From positions 212,660,001-212,724,000 of the forward strand of contig OZ024743.1 in the NCBI GenBank assembly GCA_964016885.1: 64,000 nt of DNA, read 5' to 3'. Source of the DNA: Eledone cirrhosa (lineage: Eukaryota). A program made the translations under genes and the position numbers. The notes under the pieces were generated by a model. That model was not told where the DNA came from. It made no database searches and was given only the letters and a program-made list of their open reading frames with translations. This document shows, in pieces, positions 37,653 through 50,804 of the stretch. Each line of letters begins with the position of its first letter. Within the stretch, counting starts at the first letter, position 1.

Positions 37653-40600
37653 TGATAGGAAGAGAGAGTGGGAGTTATCCCTGAAACTGGAGACCTGGCT
37701 TGATAGGAAGAGAGAGTGGGAGTTATCCCTGAAACTGGAGACCCGGCTTGATAGGAAGAGAGGGTGGGAGTTATCCCTGAAACTGGAGACCTGGCTTGAT
37801 AGGAAGAGAGGGTGGGAGTTATCCCTGAAACACTGGAGACCTGGCTTGATAGGAAGAGAGGGTGGGAGTTATCCCTGAAACACTGGAGACCTGGCTTGAT
37901 AGGAAGAGAGGGTGGGAGTTATCCCTGAAACTCTGGAGACCTGGCTTGATAGGAAGAGAGGGTGGGAGTAATCCCTGAAACTGGAGACCTGGCTTGATAG
38001 GAAGAGAGGGTGGGAGTAATCCCTGAAACTGGAGACCTGGTTTGATAGGAAGAGAGGGTGGGAGTGATCCCTGAAACTGGAGACCTGGCTTGATAGGAAG
38101 AGAGGGTGGGAGTTATCCCTGAAACTGGAGACTTGGCTTGATAGGAAGAGAGGGTGGGAGTTATCCCTGAAACTGGAGACCTGGCTTGATAGGAAGAGAG
38201 GGTGGGAGTTATCCCTGAAACTGGAGACTTGGCTTGATAGGAAGAGAGGGTGGGAGTTATCCCTAAAACTGGAGACCTGGCTTGATAGGAAGAGAGGGTG
38301 GGAGTTATCCCTGAAACTGGAGACTTGGCTTGATAGGAAGAGAGGGTGGGAGTTATTCCTGAAACTCTGGAGACCTGGCTTGATAGGAAGAGAGGGTGGG
38401 AGTTATCCCTGAAACTCTGGAGACCTGGCTTGATAGGAAGAGAGGGTGGGAGTTATCCCTAAAACTGGAGACTTGGCTTGATAGGAAGAGAGGGTGGGAG
38501 TTATTCCTGAAACTCTGGAGAGCTGGCTTGATAGGAAGAGAGGGTGGGAGTTATCCCTGAAACTCTGGAGACCTGGCTTGATAGGAAGAGAGGGTGGGAG
38601 TTATCCCTGAAACTCTGGAGACCTGGCTTGATAGGAAGAGAGAGTGGGAGTTATCCCTGAAACTGGAGACCTGGTTTGATAGGAAGAGAGGGTGGGAGTT
38701 ATCCCTGAAACTCTGGAGACCTCGCTTGATAGGAAGAGAGGGTGGGAGTTATCCCTGAAACTCTGGAGACTTGGCTTGATAGGAAGAGAGGGTGGGAGTT
38801 ATCCCTGAAACTGGAGACCTGGCTTGATAGGAAGAGAGGGTGGGAGTTATCCCTGAAACTGGAGACCTGGTTTGATAGGAAGAGAGGGAGGGAGTTATCC
38901 CTGAAACTGGAGACCTGGCTTGATAGGAAGAGAGGGTGGGAGTTATCCCTGAAACTGGAGACTTGGCTTGATAGGAAGAGAGGGTGGGAGTTATTCCTGA
39001 AACTCTGGAGACCTGGCTTGATAGGAAGAGAGGGTGGGAGTTATCCCTGAAACTCTGGAGACCTGGCTTGATAGGAAGAGAGGGTGGGAGTTATCCCTGA
39101 AACTCTGGAGACCTGGCTTGATAGGAAGAGAGAGTGGGAGTTATCCCTGAAACTGGAGACCTGCTTTGATAGGAAGAGAGGGTGGGAGTTATCCCTGAAA
39201 CTCTGGAGACCTCGCTTGATAGGAAGAGAGGGTGGGAGTTATCCCTGAAACTCTGGAGACTTGGCTTGATAGGAAGAGAGGGTGGGAGTTATCCCTGAAA
39301 CTGGAGACCTGGCTTGATAGGAAGAGAGGGTGGGAGTTATCCCTGAAACTGGAGACCTGGTTTGATAGGAAGAGAGGGTGGGAGTTATCCCTGAAACTGG
39401 AGACCTGGCTTGATAGGAAGAGAGGGTGGGAGTTATCCCTGAAACTGGAGACTTGGCTTGATAGGAAGAGAGGGTGGGAGTTATTCCTGAAACTCTGGAG
39501 ACTTGGCTTGATAGGAAGAGAGGGTGGGAGTTATCCCTGAAACTCTGGAGACCTGGCTTGATAGGAAGAGAGGGTGGGAGTTATCCCTGAAACTCTGGAG
39601 ACCTGGCTTGATAGGAAGAGAGAGTGGGAGTTATCCCTGAAACTGGAGACCTGGTTTGATAGGAAGAGAGGGTGGGAGTTATCCCTGAAACTCTGGAGAC
39701 CTCGCTTGATAGGAAGAGAGGGTGGGAGTTATCCCTGAAACTCTGGAGACTTGGCTTGATAGGAAGAGAGGGTGGGAGTTATCCCTGAAACTGGAGACCT
39801 GGCTTGATAGGAAGAGAGGGTGGGAGTTATCCCTGAAACTGGAGACCTGGTTTGATAGGAAGAGAGGGTGGGAGTTATCCCTGAAACACTGGAGACCTGG
39901 CTTGATAGGAAGAGAGGGTGGGAGTTATCCCTGAAACTGGAGACTTGGCTTGATAGGAAGAGAGGGTGGGAGTTATCCCTGAAACTGGAGACCTGGCTTG
40001 ATAGGAAGAGAGGGTGGGAGTTATCCCTGAAACTGGAGACTTGGCTTGATAGGAAGAGAGGGTGGGAGTTATCCCTGAAACACTGGAGACCTGGCTTGAT
40101 AGGAAGAGAGAGTGGGAGTTATCCCTGAAACACTGGAGACATGGCTTGATAGGAAGAGAGGGTGGGAGTTATCCCTGAAACTGGAGACCTGGCTTGATAG
40201 GAAGAGAGGGTGGGAGTTATCCCTGAAACACCGGAGACCTGGCTTGATAGGAAGAGAGGGTGGGAGTTATCCCTGAAACACCGGAGACCTGGCTTGATAG
40301 GAAGAGAGGGTGGGAGTTATCCCTGAAACAATGGAGACCTCGCTTGATAGGAAGAGAGGGTGGGAGTTATTCCTGAAACTGGAGACTTGGCTTGATAGGA
40401 AGAGAGGGTGGGAGTTATCCCTGAAACTCTGGAGACCTCGCTTGATAGGAAGAGAGGGTGGGAGTTATTCCTGAAACTGGAGACTTGGCTTGATAGGAAG
40501 AGAGGGTGGGAGTTATCCCTGAAACTGGAGACTTGGCTTGATAGGAAGAGAGGGTGGGAGTTATCCCTGAAACTGGAGACCTGGCTTGATAGGAAGAGAG

Positions 40601-43600
40601 GGTGGGAGTTATCCCTGAAACACTGGAGACCTGGCTTGATAGGAAGAGAGGGTGGGAGTTATCCCTGAAACTGGAGACTTGGCTTGATAGGAAGAGAGGG
40701 TGGGAGTTATCCCTGAAACTCTGGAGACCTGGCTTGATAGGAAGAGAGGGTGGGAGTTATCCCTGAAACACTGGAGACCTGGCTTGATAGGAAGAGAGGG
40801 TGGGAGTTATCCCTGAAACTGGAGACCTGGCTTGATAGGAAGAGAGGGTGGGAGTTATCCCTGAAACACTGGAGACCTGGCTTGATAGGAAGAGAGAGTG
40901 GGAGTTATCCCTGAAACACTGGAGACCTGGCTTGATAGGAAGAGAGGGTGGGAGTTATCCCTGAAACTGGAGACTTGGCTTGATAGGAAGAGAGGGTGGG
41001 AGTTATCCCTGAAACTGGAGACCTGGCTTGATAGGAAGAGAGGGTGGGAGTTATCCCTGAAACTGGAGACTTGGCTTGATAGGAAGAGAGGGTGGGCGTT
41101 ATCCCTGAAACACTGGAGACCTGGCTTGATAGGAAGAGAGAGTGGGAGTTATCCCTGAAACACTGGAGACCTGGCTTGATAGGAAGAGAGGGTGGGAGTT
41201 ATCCCTGAAACTGGAGACCTGGCTTGATAGGAAGAGAGGGTGGGAGTTATCCCTGAAACACCGGAGACCTGGCTTGATAGGAAGAGAGGGTGGGAGTTAT
41301 CCCTGAAACACCGGAGACCTGGCTTGATAGGAAGAGAGGGTGGGAGTTATCCCTGAAACACTGGAGACCTGGCTTGATAGGAAGAGAGGGTGGGAGTTAT
41401 CCCTGAAACAATGGAGACCTCGCTTGATAGGAAGAGAGGGTGGGAGTTATTCCTGAAACTGGAGACTTGGCTTGATAGGAAGAGAGGGTGGGAGTTATCC
41501 CTGAAACTCTGGAGACCTCGCTTGATAGGAAGAGAGGGTGGGAGTTATTCCTGAAACTGGAGACTTGGCTTGATAGGAAGAGAGGGTGGGAGTTATCCCT
41601 GAACCTGGAGACTTGGCTTGATAGGAAGAGAGGGTGGGAGTTATCCCTGAAACTGGAGACCTGGCTTGATAGGAAGAGAGGGTGGGAGTTATCCCTGAAA
41701 CACTGGAGACCTGGCTTGATAGGAAGAGAGGGTGGGAGTTATCCCTGAAACAATGGAGACCTCGCTTGATAGGAAGAGAGGGTGGGAGTTATTCCTGAAA
41801 CTGGAGACTTGGCTTGATAGGAAGAGAGGGTGGGAGTTATCCCTGAAACTCTGGAGACCTCGCTTGATAGGAAGAGAGGGTGGGAGTTATTCCTGAAACT
41901 GGAGACTTGGCTTGATAGGAAGAGAGGGTGGGAGTTATCCCTGAAACTGGAGACTTGGCTTGATAGGAAGAGAGGGTGGGAGTTATCCCTGAAACTGGAG
42001 ACCTGGCTTGATAGGAAGAGAGGGTGGGAGTTATCCCTGAAACACTGGAGACCTGGCTTGATAGGAAGAGAGGGTGGGAGTTATCCCTGAAACAATGGAG
42101 ACCTCGCTTGATAGGAAGAGAGGGTGGGAGTTATTCCTGAAACTGGAGACTTGGCTTGATAGGAAGAGAGGGTGGGAGTTATCCCTGAAACTCTGGAGAC
42201 CTCGCTTGATAGGAAGAGAGGGTGGGAGTTATTCCTGAAACTGGAGACTTGGCTTGATAGGAAGAGAGGGTGGGAGTTATCCCTGAAACTGGAGACTTGG
42301 CTTGATAGGAAGAGAGGGTGGGAGTTATCCCTGAAACTGGAGACCTGGCTTGATAGGAAGAGAGGGTGGGAGTTATCCCTGAAACACTGGAGACCTGGCT
42401 TGATAGGAAGAGAGAGTGGGAGTTATCCCTGAAACTGGAGACCTGGCTTGATAGGAAGAGAGAGTGGGAGTTATCCCTGAAACTGGAGACCTGGTTTGAT
42501 AGGAAGAGAGGGTGGGAGTTATCCCTGAAACTCTGGAGACCTCGCTTGATAGGAAGAGAGGGTGGGAGTTATCCCTGAAACTGGAGACCTGGCTTGATAG
42601 GAAGAGAGAGTGGGAGTTATCCCTGAAACTGGAGACTTGGCTTGATAGGAAGAGAGAGTGGGAGTTATCCCTGAAACTGGAGACTTGGCTTGATAGGAAG
42701 AGAGAGTGGGAGTTATCCCTGAAACTGGAGACTTGGCTTGATAGGAAGAGAGAGTGGGAGTTATCCCTGAAACTGGAGACTTGGCTTGATAGGAAGAGAG
42801 AGTGGGAGTTATCCCTGAAACTGGAGACTTGGCTTGATAGGAAGAGAGAGTGGGAGTTATCCCTGAAACTGGAGACTTGGCTTGATAGGAAGAGAGAGTG
42901 GGAGTTATCCCTGAAACTGGAGACCTGGCTTGATAGGAAGAGAGAGTGGGAGTTATCCCTGAAACTGGAGACCTGGCTTGATAGGAAGAGAGGGTGGGAG
43001 TTATCCCTGAAACTGGAGACCTGGCTTGATAGGAAGAGAGGGTGGGAGTTATCCCTGAAACTGGAGACTTGGCTTGATAGGAAGAGAGGGTGGGAGTTAT
43101 CCCTGAAACACTGGAGACTTGGCTTGATAGGAAGAGAGGGTGGGAGTTATCCCTGAAACTCTGGAGACCTGGCTTGATAGGAAGAGAGGGTGGGAGTTAT
43201 CCCTGAAACTGGAGACCTGGCTTGATAGGAAGAGAGGGTCGGAGTTATCCCTGAAACTGGAGACTTGGCTTGATAGGAAGAGAGGGTGGGAGTTATCCCT
43301 GAAACTGGAGACTTGGCTTGATAGGAAGAGAGGGTGGGAGTTATCCCTGAAACACTGGAGACTTGGCTTGATAGGAAGAGAGGGTGGGAGTTATCCCTGA
43401 AACTGGAGACCTGGCTTGATAGGAAGAGAGGGTGGGAGTTATCCCTGAAACTGGAGACTTGGCTTGATAGGAAGAGAGAGTGGGAGTTATCCCTGAAACT
43501 GGAGACCTGGCTTGATAGGAAGAGAGGGTGGGAGTTATCCCTGAAACTGGAGACCTGGCTTGATAGGAAGAGAGGGTGGGAGTTATCCCTGAAACTGGAG

Positions 43601-43711
43601 ACTTGGCTTGATAGGAAGAGAGGGTGGGAGTTATCCCTGAAACTCTGGAGACCTGGCTTTATAGGAAGAGAGGGTGGGAGTTATCCCTGAAACTCTGGAG
43701 ACCTGGCTTGA
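37653..43711. repeat. Tandem satellite/minisatellite, 48/50-bp monomer, about 124 copies
   Basis: Unit CTGGAGACCTGGCTTGATAGGAAGAGAGGGTGGGAGTTATCCCTGAAA, with or without an extra CT or CA; uninterrupted for 6.06 kb. Confidence 0.98.
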
Positions 43712-43929
43712 ATATTTGCTACAGAGTCAATTCAAATCATATCCATCCGTCTTAAAAAAGGATACATTTGATAATGAGGCCTCAAGTGAACTATCTTTAG
43801 GGAAAAGTGTGATTGTCACGTCTAGAATGCATTTGATGATGGGTCTACGTGGTCAAGGCCTACATAGCACTAAGGAACGAAAGTCAACAACAATAACAGC
43901 TGCAGCTGCATACGTATATATGTATGGTC

Positions 43930-44225
43930 CCTAATTCCTAATAGAGTCGGCGTTTCTTGGGCATTTTAAGTCTGGCGGAACCCAATAGTATCGGATCTGT
44001 GATCTCTCAATTCGGAGAAGTTGCAGTTCTACCTGGAGTAACTATCTGATCTCCGAACTGCGCACTCTATCGAGTAACGTTACTTCAGAAACCCTTTGGA
44101 GGAACCCCATTTCGGCCGCTTGTATTTGCGATCGTATTCTTTCGGTCATTACCCAAGATTCATAACCATAGATAAAGGTTGGTGCAAATACCGAATTGAA
44201 GATAGCTAGTTTATCTTTTATATCT
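43930..44225 (-). mobile_element. RTE-like LINE 3' fragment
   Basis: PTFIYGYESWVMT...IQAAEMGFLQRVSEVTLLDRVRSSEIR. Confidence 0.75.
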
Positions 44226-44318
44226 CCCCCCTTCTTATGATTACCGAATGATAACCATATTTCCACATTTCATTGATAATAGCATTTTCACTTTCTATTT
44301 TGTGTCATTGTTTTACAG

Positions 44319-44568
44319 ATTGGACATCAGCCGAATTCGAGAGAGACAAGGAAATCATGTGGAAACAATTCTACATATTCCTCTTGCCGAGTTAGAACTG
44401 ACGGTAAAGCTAAAACATCCAGAACCGGTATTACACAAAAGTGCCAGTGTCTCAGTTTCGGACGGCGTGGAAAATCAGCATTTTAAAGTGGAACCGAAGC
44501 ATTGTTATTTGGTCGGTCATATTCTTGGCTTTAGAGGCAGTGTATCATTGTCTTATTGCGACGGACTG
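44319..44568 (+). CDS. M12B (ADAM/ADAMTS-like) metalloprotease, prodomain exon A
   Basis: Acceptor ttttacag| and donor |gtaaga. Encodes ...KHCYLVGHILGFRGSVSLSYCDGL, matching the reprolysin propeptide pattern (HCY..G, SLSxCxGL). Starts phase 2, ends phase 0. Confidence 0.88.
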
Positions 44569-45203
44569 GTAAGATCTACTCTCTTAGTAATATTAATACC
44601 AATATACTGAGCCATCGAAGAAGCGTCTACCTGGTACAAATAACAGCTAAATTTCTTTCAAAGCACAGCCAATACCTCTTAAATAAAATAGGGTATATTG
44701 GAGATAGTAATATCTGATATACGAAAAGATAAGATGATGACGACTGGAATGCTTAATCAAGGTTGAACAGAAACTAAATAACAACAACAATTATAATTTC
44801 ATTCTTTTAGCTGTCTTCCGTGTCCGATGGTGACAACTGTTACCAGTTGCATGTATTTGTTTGTACATTATATACAATATAATAGGTGAATTAGTGGAGT
44901 CGTTAGAACGTCGGATAGAATGATTTGCACTGTTCGTTCCTGCTCTCTGTTCTCTGAGTTCACATTCCGCCGAGCTCAATTTTGTCTTTCCCACTTTCAA
45001 GGTCGTTGTTTAAAAAAGTACCAGTCATGTACTGGGGGTTGATTCTTCATTTATATGTATTTCTCAGTTCCCACCTCTCCTTCTCTGGAAGAAATGGGCT
45101 GTGTTCAGATCCGGAAGGGGATATGGGCTCCGCTAGGTTTAAAATGCCTAAAACATATCGTATATATAGGCGCCAAAGACAACAGAAAAACAATGTGTAT
45201 ATA

Positions 45204-45233
<30 letters not shown>

Positions 45234-45235
<2 letters not shown>

Positions 45236-45428
45236 GGAACCAGTAAGACCCCGACAGCTGAGCTCAAGCCGTTTCGACGGCTAATTCTGGACTGAATTAG
45301 CCGTCGAAACGGCTTGAGCTCAGCTGTCGGGGTCTTACTGGTTCCTATTACCCACTCTACTACCCAAAGTATTGAGTACTTTGGTGCGTTATGGTCCACC
45401 TGGTTCCTTACCACATTTCCTTCGTTAT
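45234..45428 (+). mobile_element. Palindrome-plus-tail element (perfect ~54-bp arms)
   Basis: TAGGAACCAGTAAGACCCCGACAGCTGAGCTCAAGCCGTTTCGACGGCTAATTC-tggact-inverse, then ~80-bp tail; flanked by (TA)n. Confidence 0.85.
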
Positions 45429-45457
45429 ATATATCTATATATATCTATATATATCTA

Positions 45458-45552
<95 letters not shown>

Positions 45553-45589
45553 CACTACTACTCCATCTTGTCATTTATATATATATATA

Positions 45590-45814
45590 TCCCCAGAAGT
45601 CAGCTCAAAAGTGACACAGAAGAGACTGAGGTTAGCTGGACATGCTCCGGTGGGAAATCCTGCATGGAAACACTGGAAGAGAAGACCGAGGTTAACATAT
45701 GTTGATGCCGTAAGGACAGGCACTCGTCTGTTGGAGACGCAGGATATGGCAGTGATAATGAGGGACAGAGACCGCTGGAGAGAACTCGTCCATGGATCTC
45801 GGGAATTTTACCCG

Positions 45815-45818
<4 letters not shown>
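45590..45818 (+). mobile_element. RTE 3'-end fragment
   Basis: Matches 3750-4012 with an internal deletion; embedded in (TA)n. Confidence 0.82.
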
Positions 45819-45850
<32 letters not shown>

Positions 45851-45997
45851 TATTTTCCGTTGTGTTGTAATATAAATATTACACACAGTAGATTATCAGC
45901 TCACGTAGAGTTTGCTCGACGGTTCCAGTTGTAGTTCCAAAAGTAATCCGGAGAAAAATAGAAAGATTTGAATGGATACAGTTTAGTTGAAAGGAAT

Positions 45998-46117
45998 TTA
46001 TTGACACGTGTTTCTATAACAGTTACATAACCTAGAACAGCTGCTATCTACAAACTTTTAGTTATGCAGACATTCAATATTTCAATGTTATTATTTACTG
46101 TCATTTCATCAGAATAA
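45998..46117 (-). ncRNA. Type I hammerhead ribozyme with long loop II (intronic, antisense to the protease gene)
   Basis: TTATT-CTGATGA-ATGACAGT/ACTGTTAT-GAAAC-ACGT-GTC-AATAA; palindromic loop III and GUC cleavage triplet. Confidence 0.75.
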
Positions 46118-46704
46118 TATTACTGAGGACCTATTTAGTTTTTATAGAGAATATTAGGAGGGAGGGGTGAAGTTGTTAGAAGAATAGTTGAAGGAGTGGT
46201 TTTTCGATAGCAGTGAGAATTCTTGGTGGCAGTGAGTAATTAGATTCCCATCTGTTGTTTTGACATTTTTTATAGAATATATTATTGGTTATTTTTCTAA
46301 ATTTATAGAAGGATCAGAGATAGTAAAGATATGCGTGGTTGGTTTTGTGTTTGCACTTAATTAACATTCAAACTTAAATTTTTCTTTCAAGTGTACGTAT
46401 CCTTTCACCCACGCATTCACACACAAATATATTTGCACACCTCTACAAAATACATATACTCACAATTCACATATTCATACTTACATATATATACACATGC
46501 ATACACATATATATACACACATGTATTCATGTACATACTTACGCGCTCGTGTGTATACATTTTCATACTCAACTTATCTTTATATACACACGTATAGACA
46601 CACACATATATACATACTTACTCTAGTCCATGTGTACACACATACACATACATACACATCTATATACACATATATACATACATATACACATATATACATA
46701 TACA

Positions 46705-46756
<52 letters not shown>

Positions 46757-46781
46757 TATACATATATACACATACATACAC

Positions 46782-46828
<47 letters not shown>

Positions 46829-46855
46829 GTACAGAGAGAGAGAGAGAGGGAGAGA

Positions 46856-46920
<65 letters not shown>

Positions 46921-47937
46921 TGAGAGAGAGAGAGTGAGAGAGAGAGAGATATATATATAGAGAGAGAGATAGAATAAATATCACGGGGTTGGCAATTTGT
47001 GAGTGTGTGAGTTATAACAATCTCCCCACCTCTGTGTTTGTCGGCCTGTCTCTCTCTGCGTGTCCAAGTGGTTTATTGAGAACTTAGGAGATTTCTTACC
47101 GGATTCAATTTCTGCGTGGTACGTTTGGCAAGTATCTTCTATCATAGTCTCGTGAGTGAATATGGCTAGTGAGAAACAGCGAGGATATCTGTGAGATGGA
47201 TTGAGTCTGTGATCTTAAAGTCCATGCTTGGCATTTATCATGTCACGCTGATTGTATCTGACGATTATATAGATTAAGGTTGCAGGTTTCTGTTCAATAC
47301 GCATTCACTTACATAATCCTTCAATGGTAAGACTAGAATACTCACCATCGAAACCGACGAAGTGTCCATTTACATTACTTGTGTGCATGCTACTGTGAAT
47401 GTATATCTCATTAAGAGACGCGTCTCAAACATGCAGCCACAAAACTACTTTTCTATAGCCCGTGGCAGAACAATTTTCATGACAAATACTTTCCTAAAAC
47501 TTGGTAATTTCTCCCTCGCCCCCTTCCCTACTCTTGCAATTTACCCATGAAAAAACAAACAAAAAAACAACAACAACAAAAAAAAACAAATAAAAAACAA
47601 ACCAAAAACGAGGTTTATCAAAAGTGAAACGGAGAAAAGAGAAGTTTCACAAAGTAAAATCAAAATTTGTCCCCTAATAATTTGTACTAATTCCCATTTC
47701 CTACTTTTGATGAGAAAAAAAAAAAAAAAGTATTAGCAGCTTCTCAGCTGTATTGCAGATTAGCATTATAACTGGTGGACAGCATGCCCCCATCTCATTT
47801 TTGGCTCGCTCTGCCTCATCCCCAGGACGTAATGGCGCTTTTGAGTCCTTGAGTTTCAGACCCCTAGATTAAGAAAAGGTTGTTTTAATATTCCTGTTTA
47901 TATGCTCGATATAATTAAAAAATAATTCTCGCTTTAG

Positions 47938-48052
47938 AGAGGGTCTCTGGTCCTGGACGATATCGAATACAGCTTGGAACCAGTGGATGATGGAACAAAA
48001 CATCTTGTTGGTGAAAGTCGGAACCAAGAGAAGAAAACGTTAGTTGATGCAG
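47938..48052 (+). CDS. M12B metalloprotease exon B (end of prodomain)
   Basis: ctttag|AGA...GCAG|gtaatt. Encodes RGSLVLDDIEYSLEPVDDGTKHLVGESRNQEKKTLVDA, continuing the CDGL-RG...Y.IEP propeptide pattern. Phase 0 to 1. Too short for the ORF track. Confidence 0.85.
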
Positions 48053-48256
48053 GTAATTATAACAGCAACAGTAGCAGCAAAAAATAACAACAGTTCCTAG
48101 TGCTGTGTTGTGAAGAATTAAGCTTCACAGTAACGAGGCTCTGGGTTCGATCTCGCTGCGATGTGTTGCAGCTTTATAGCTTCGGGTCGATACAAACGCA
48201 GTGAATGAAATTAGGTGGTCGGAAACTATGCAGAAGCCCGGAAAATAGACTGTAAC

Positions 48257-48670
48257 TGAATTTGAGTGGAATACTTAATTCGTCATCCAATTTAACACCA
48301 CCATCTGGTCATTGGGAGTCTTTAGTGGGGTACTCTCCTGTAAAGTTGCCGATTAAAATCTGAACTTGGGTGGAATACTTAATTCGTCACCCAATTTAAC
48401 ACCACTATCTGGTCATTGGGAGTCTTTAGTGGGGTACTCTCCTGTAAAGTTGCCGATTAAAATCTGAACTTGGGTGGAATACTTAATCCGTCACCCAATT
48501 TAACACCACTATCTGGTCATTGGGAGTCTTTAGTGGGGTACTCTCCTGTAAAGTTGCCGATTAAAATCTGAACTTGGGTGGAATACTTAATCCGTCACCC
48601 AATTTAACACCACTATCTGGTCATTGGGAGTCTTTAGTGGGGTACTCTCCTGTAAAGTTGCCGATTAAAA
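48257..48670. repeat. 104-bp tandem repeat, about 4 copies
   Basis: GTGGAATACTTAAT at 48266, 48370, 48474 and 48578. Confidence 0.95.
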
Positions 48671-49459
48671 ATAACCCGATATTTCGATGTGCTGACTGGA
48701 TGGTCACGATTAGAATGCGTTTTATTATAGGTCTACTAGATCAAGGTTGACCTCGAGATAAACATCAACAACAATTGGAGGTATTACCATATTTGCCTGC
48801 CTATTAGTCCCCCCCCCAAAAAAAAAACATATTACAAAAAATTTTCCCTGCGTCTAATATCATCAATGGGAGGCCGAACGGAGAGTGAGGGCAATCATGG
48901 TAAAACAAATTAGTTTGTATTACTATTAGTATTACTAATACAGTAATACGATTTATATAAGCAAAATGATGTCGAATTTACATGAGTTTCTGACCCCCCC
49001 CCCCCCCTCCTCCCCCCCCCCCCCCCCCCCAAAAAAAAAAAACAAAAAAAAACAATGAATTAATTTAAAATGAATTTATGAAGAAATGTACTAAAATTAA
49101 TTTTTCTCAATAGGTCAGCAAATACGGTACCTTAGAGCGACTGGCATTCCGTCGCTTACGACGACGAGTGTTCAAGCTGATACGATCAACGGAACAGCTT
49201 GCTCGTGAAATCAACGTGTAAGTGGCTGAGCATTCCACAGACACGCGTATCCTCAACGTAGTTCTCAGAGAAATTCAGCTTGAGACAGAATGTGACAAGG
49301 CTGACCCTTCGCATTTACAGCTACAACTCATTTTTGCCAGCTGAATGGACTGGAGTTACGTGAAATAAAGTGTCTTTATGTCGCCGGGAATCAAACTCAT
49401 GAACTTATGATTGTGAGCCGAATACCCTAACCACAAAGCCACGCACCTTCACCTTATAG

Positions 49460-49982
49460 CAGAGCTTCTCAAATGTTTTTGACCACCGCCCACCTCACGG
49501 CCACGTAATACCCTCAGCACGCCACCCCTATTTCTAGAGAGACTTGCTTACATGCAAATTGTAAATAATATATAACGTTTCTACTTTTGGCACAAGACCA
49601 GCAATTACCCAGTGCATTACTGGTGCTTTATTTTATCGACCCCGTAAGGATGAAAGGCAAATTTAACCACGGCGGGATATGAACCCAGAACGTAAAGAGC
49701 CATAACTCTATGCTGAAAAGCATGGTGTCTGACGCTCAACCGATACTGCCAAACCACCGCCGTAAATTATATATGATAAATAAAATAATAGATACTATGT
49801 ATAAATAAATATTATATATTTTTTATTTTACTATATTTATATATATATCGTATCATTTGATATTTAATATACTATCATTTAATATTATATCATCTCTTCT
49901 GACCTCCTCCAGGCCCCTTAAGCTCTCCCTGGACCTTCTCACTGCCACCAGGGGGCAGTAGCGCCCACTTTGAGAACCTATA
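49460..49982. mobile_element. Decayed hAT MITE containing a SINE insertion
   Basis: CAGAGCTTCTCAAA ... TTTGAGAACC ends; SINE at 49577-49761 inside. Confidence 0.5.
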
Positions 49983-50166
49983 CCTCATAGTATTGCGATG
50001 AAATCCTCCTTTGTGTATCCTTCCTTGAATTGAAACACAAATCTTGAATCTTCAGTAAAATCCCACTAACCATTGTCCCATGGTTTCCTTAAGTCTCTTT
50101 CTCTCTCTTTTTGCTCCCTTTCTTTCACCAGCCCTCTCTCTTATTATTACTCTTTTTATATCACAG

Positions 50167-50333
50167 ACCCTGAGAGTGTATCTTATGAGGGTGAATCTTA
50201 TGCGGATAAAAGCCGTGAGGTAAATGTTGAGATGGTGATATACAATGACGCAGACATGACCAAATTGTTAGAGGCGAAAGGAGCTGACACCCTACAGAAG
50301 AAAATCGATTATATCATATCAAAAATGAATGGG
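50167..50333 (+). CDS. M12B metalloprotease exon C (start of catalytic domain)
   Basis: Polypyrimidine tract then cacag|, donor |gtaaac. Encodes DPESVSYEGESYADKSREVNVEMVIYNDADMTKLLEAKGADTLQKKIDYIISKMNG (VE.xx.xD strand). Phase 1 to 0. Confidence 0.85.
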
Positions 50334-50469
50334 GTAAACTCTTCTCTCTATCCTTACACCTATTGTTTTTCTCGTTGTTTCTTGTACCATCTGAACAAAT
50401 GCAGTCACGCACATGCACATGTGCACACGGAAACAAAAACGTACACACACATACACACACACAATATTC

Positions 50470-50714
50470 ATAGAGCTAGAATTATTAAAGGACTACTTTC
50501 ATACGTCACACACCAGTGGTTTCTTGACCATGAGAACTTCGATGAAAGCAATGGAATTACCCTTGACATTAGCAAACTCTTCAACAAAGCAACGTGCGCA
50601 CCTCCACATGGTGACTCTTCTTGTTAGAAATAGCCGCCTAAGCTTGCTCAAACGACGCCCTACCGTCTTGAAAATGTGGAAAAACATTCGATAATGTTCG
50701 CTTAGATACGCAAT

Positions 50715-50804
<90 letters not shown>

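Noticed and set aside
37606-43934. Repetitive ORFs (LETWLDRKRGWELSLK)n, or a CRISPR-like array
   Set aside because: Frames are broken by every 50-bp variant, there are no unique spacers and no cas genes, and the context is eukaryotic; it is a satellite.
50073-50627. 184-aa ORF as a single gene
   Set aside because: Composite of intron, true exon C (50167-50333), CA repeats and a LINE fragment.
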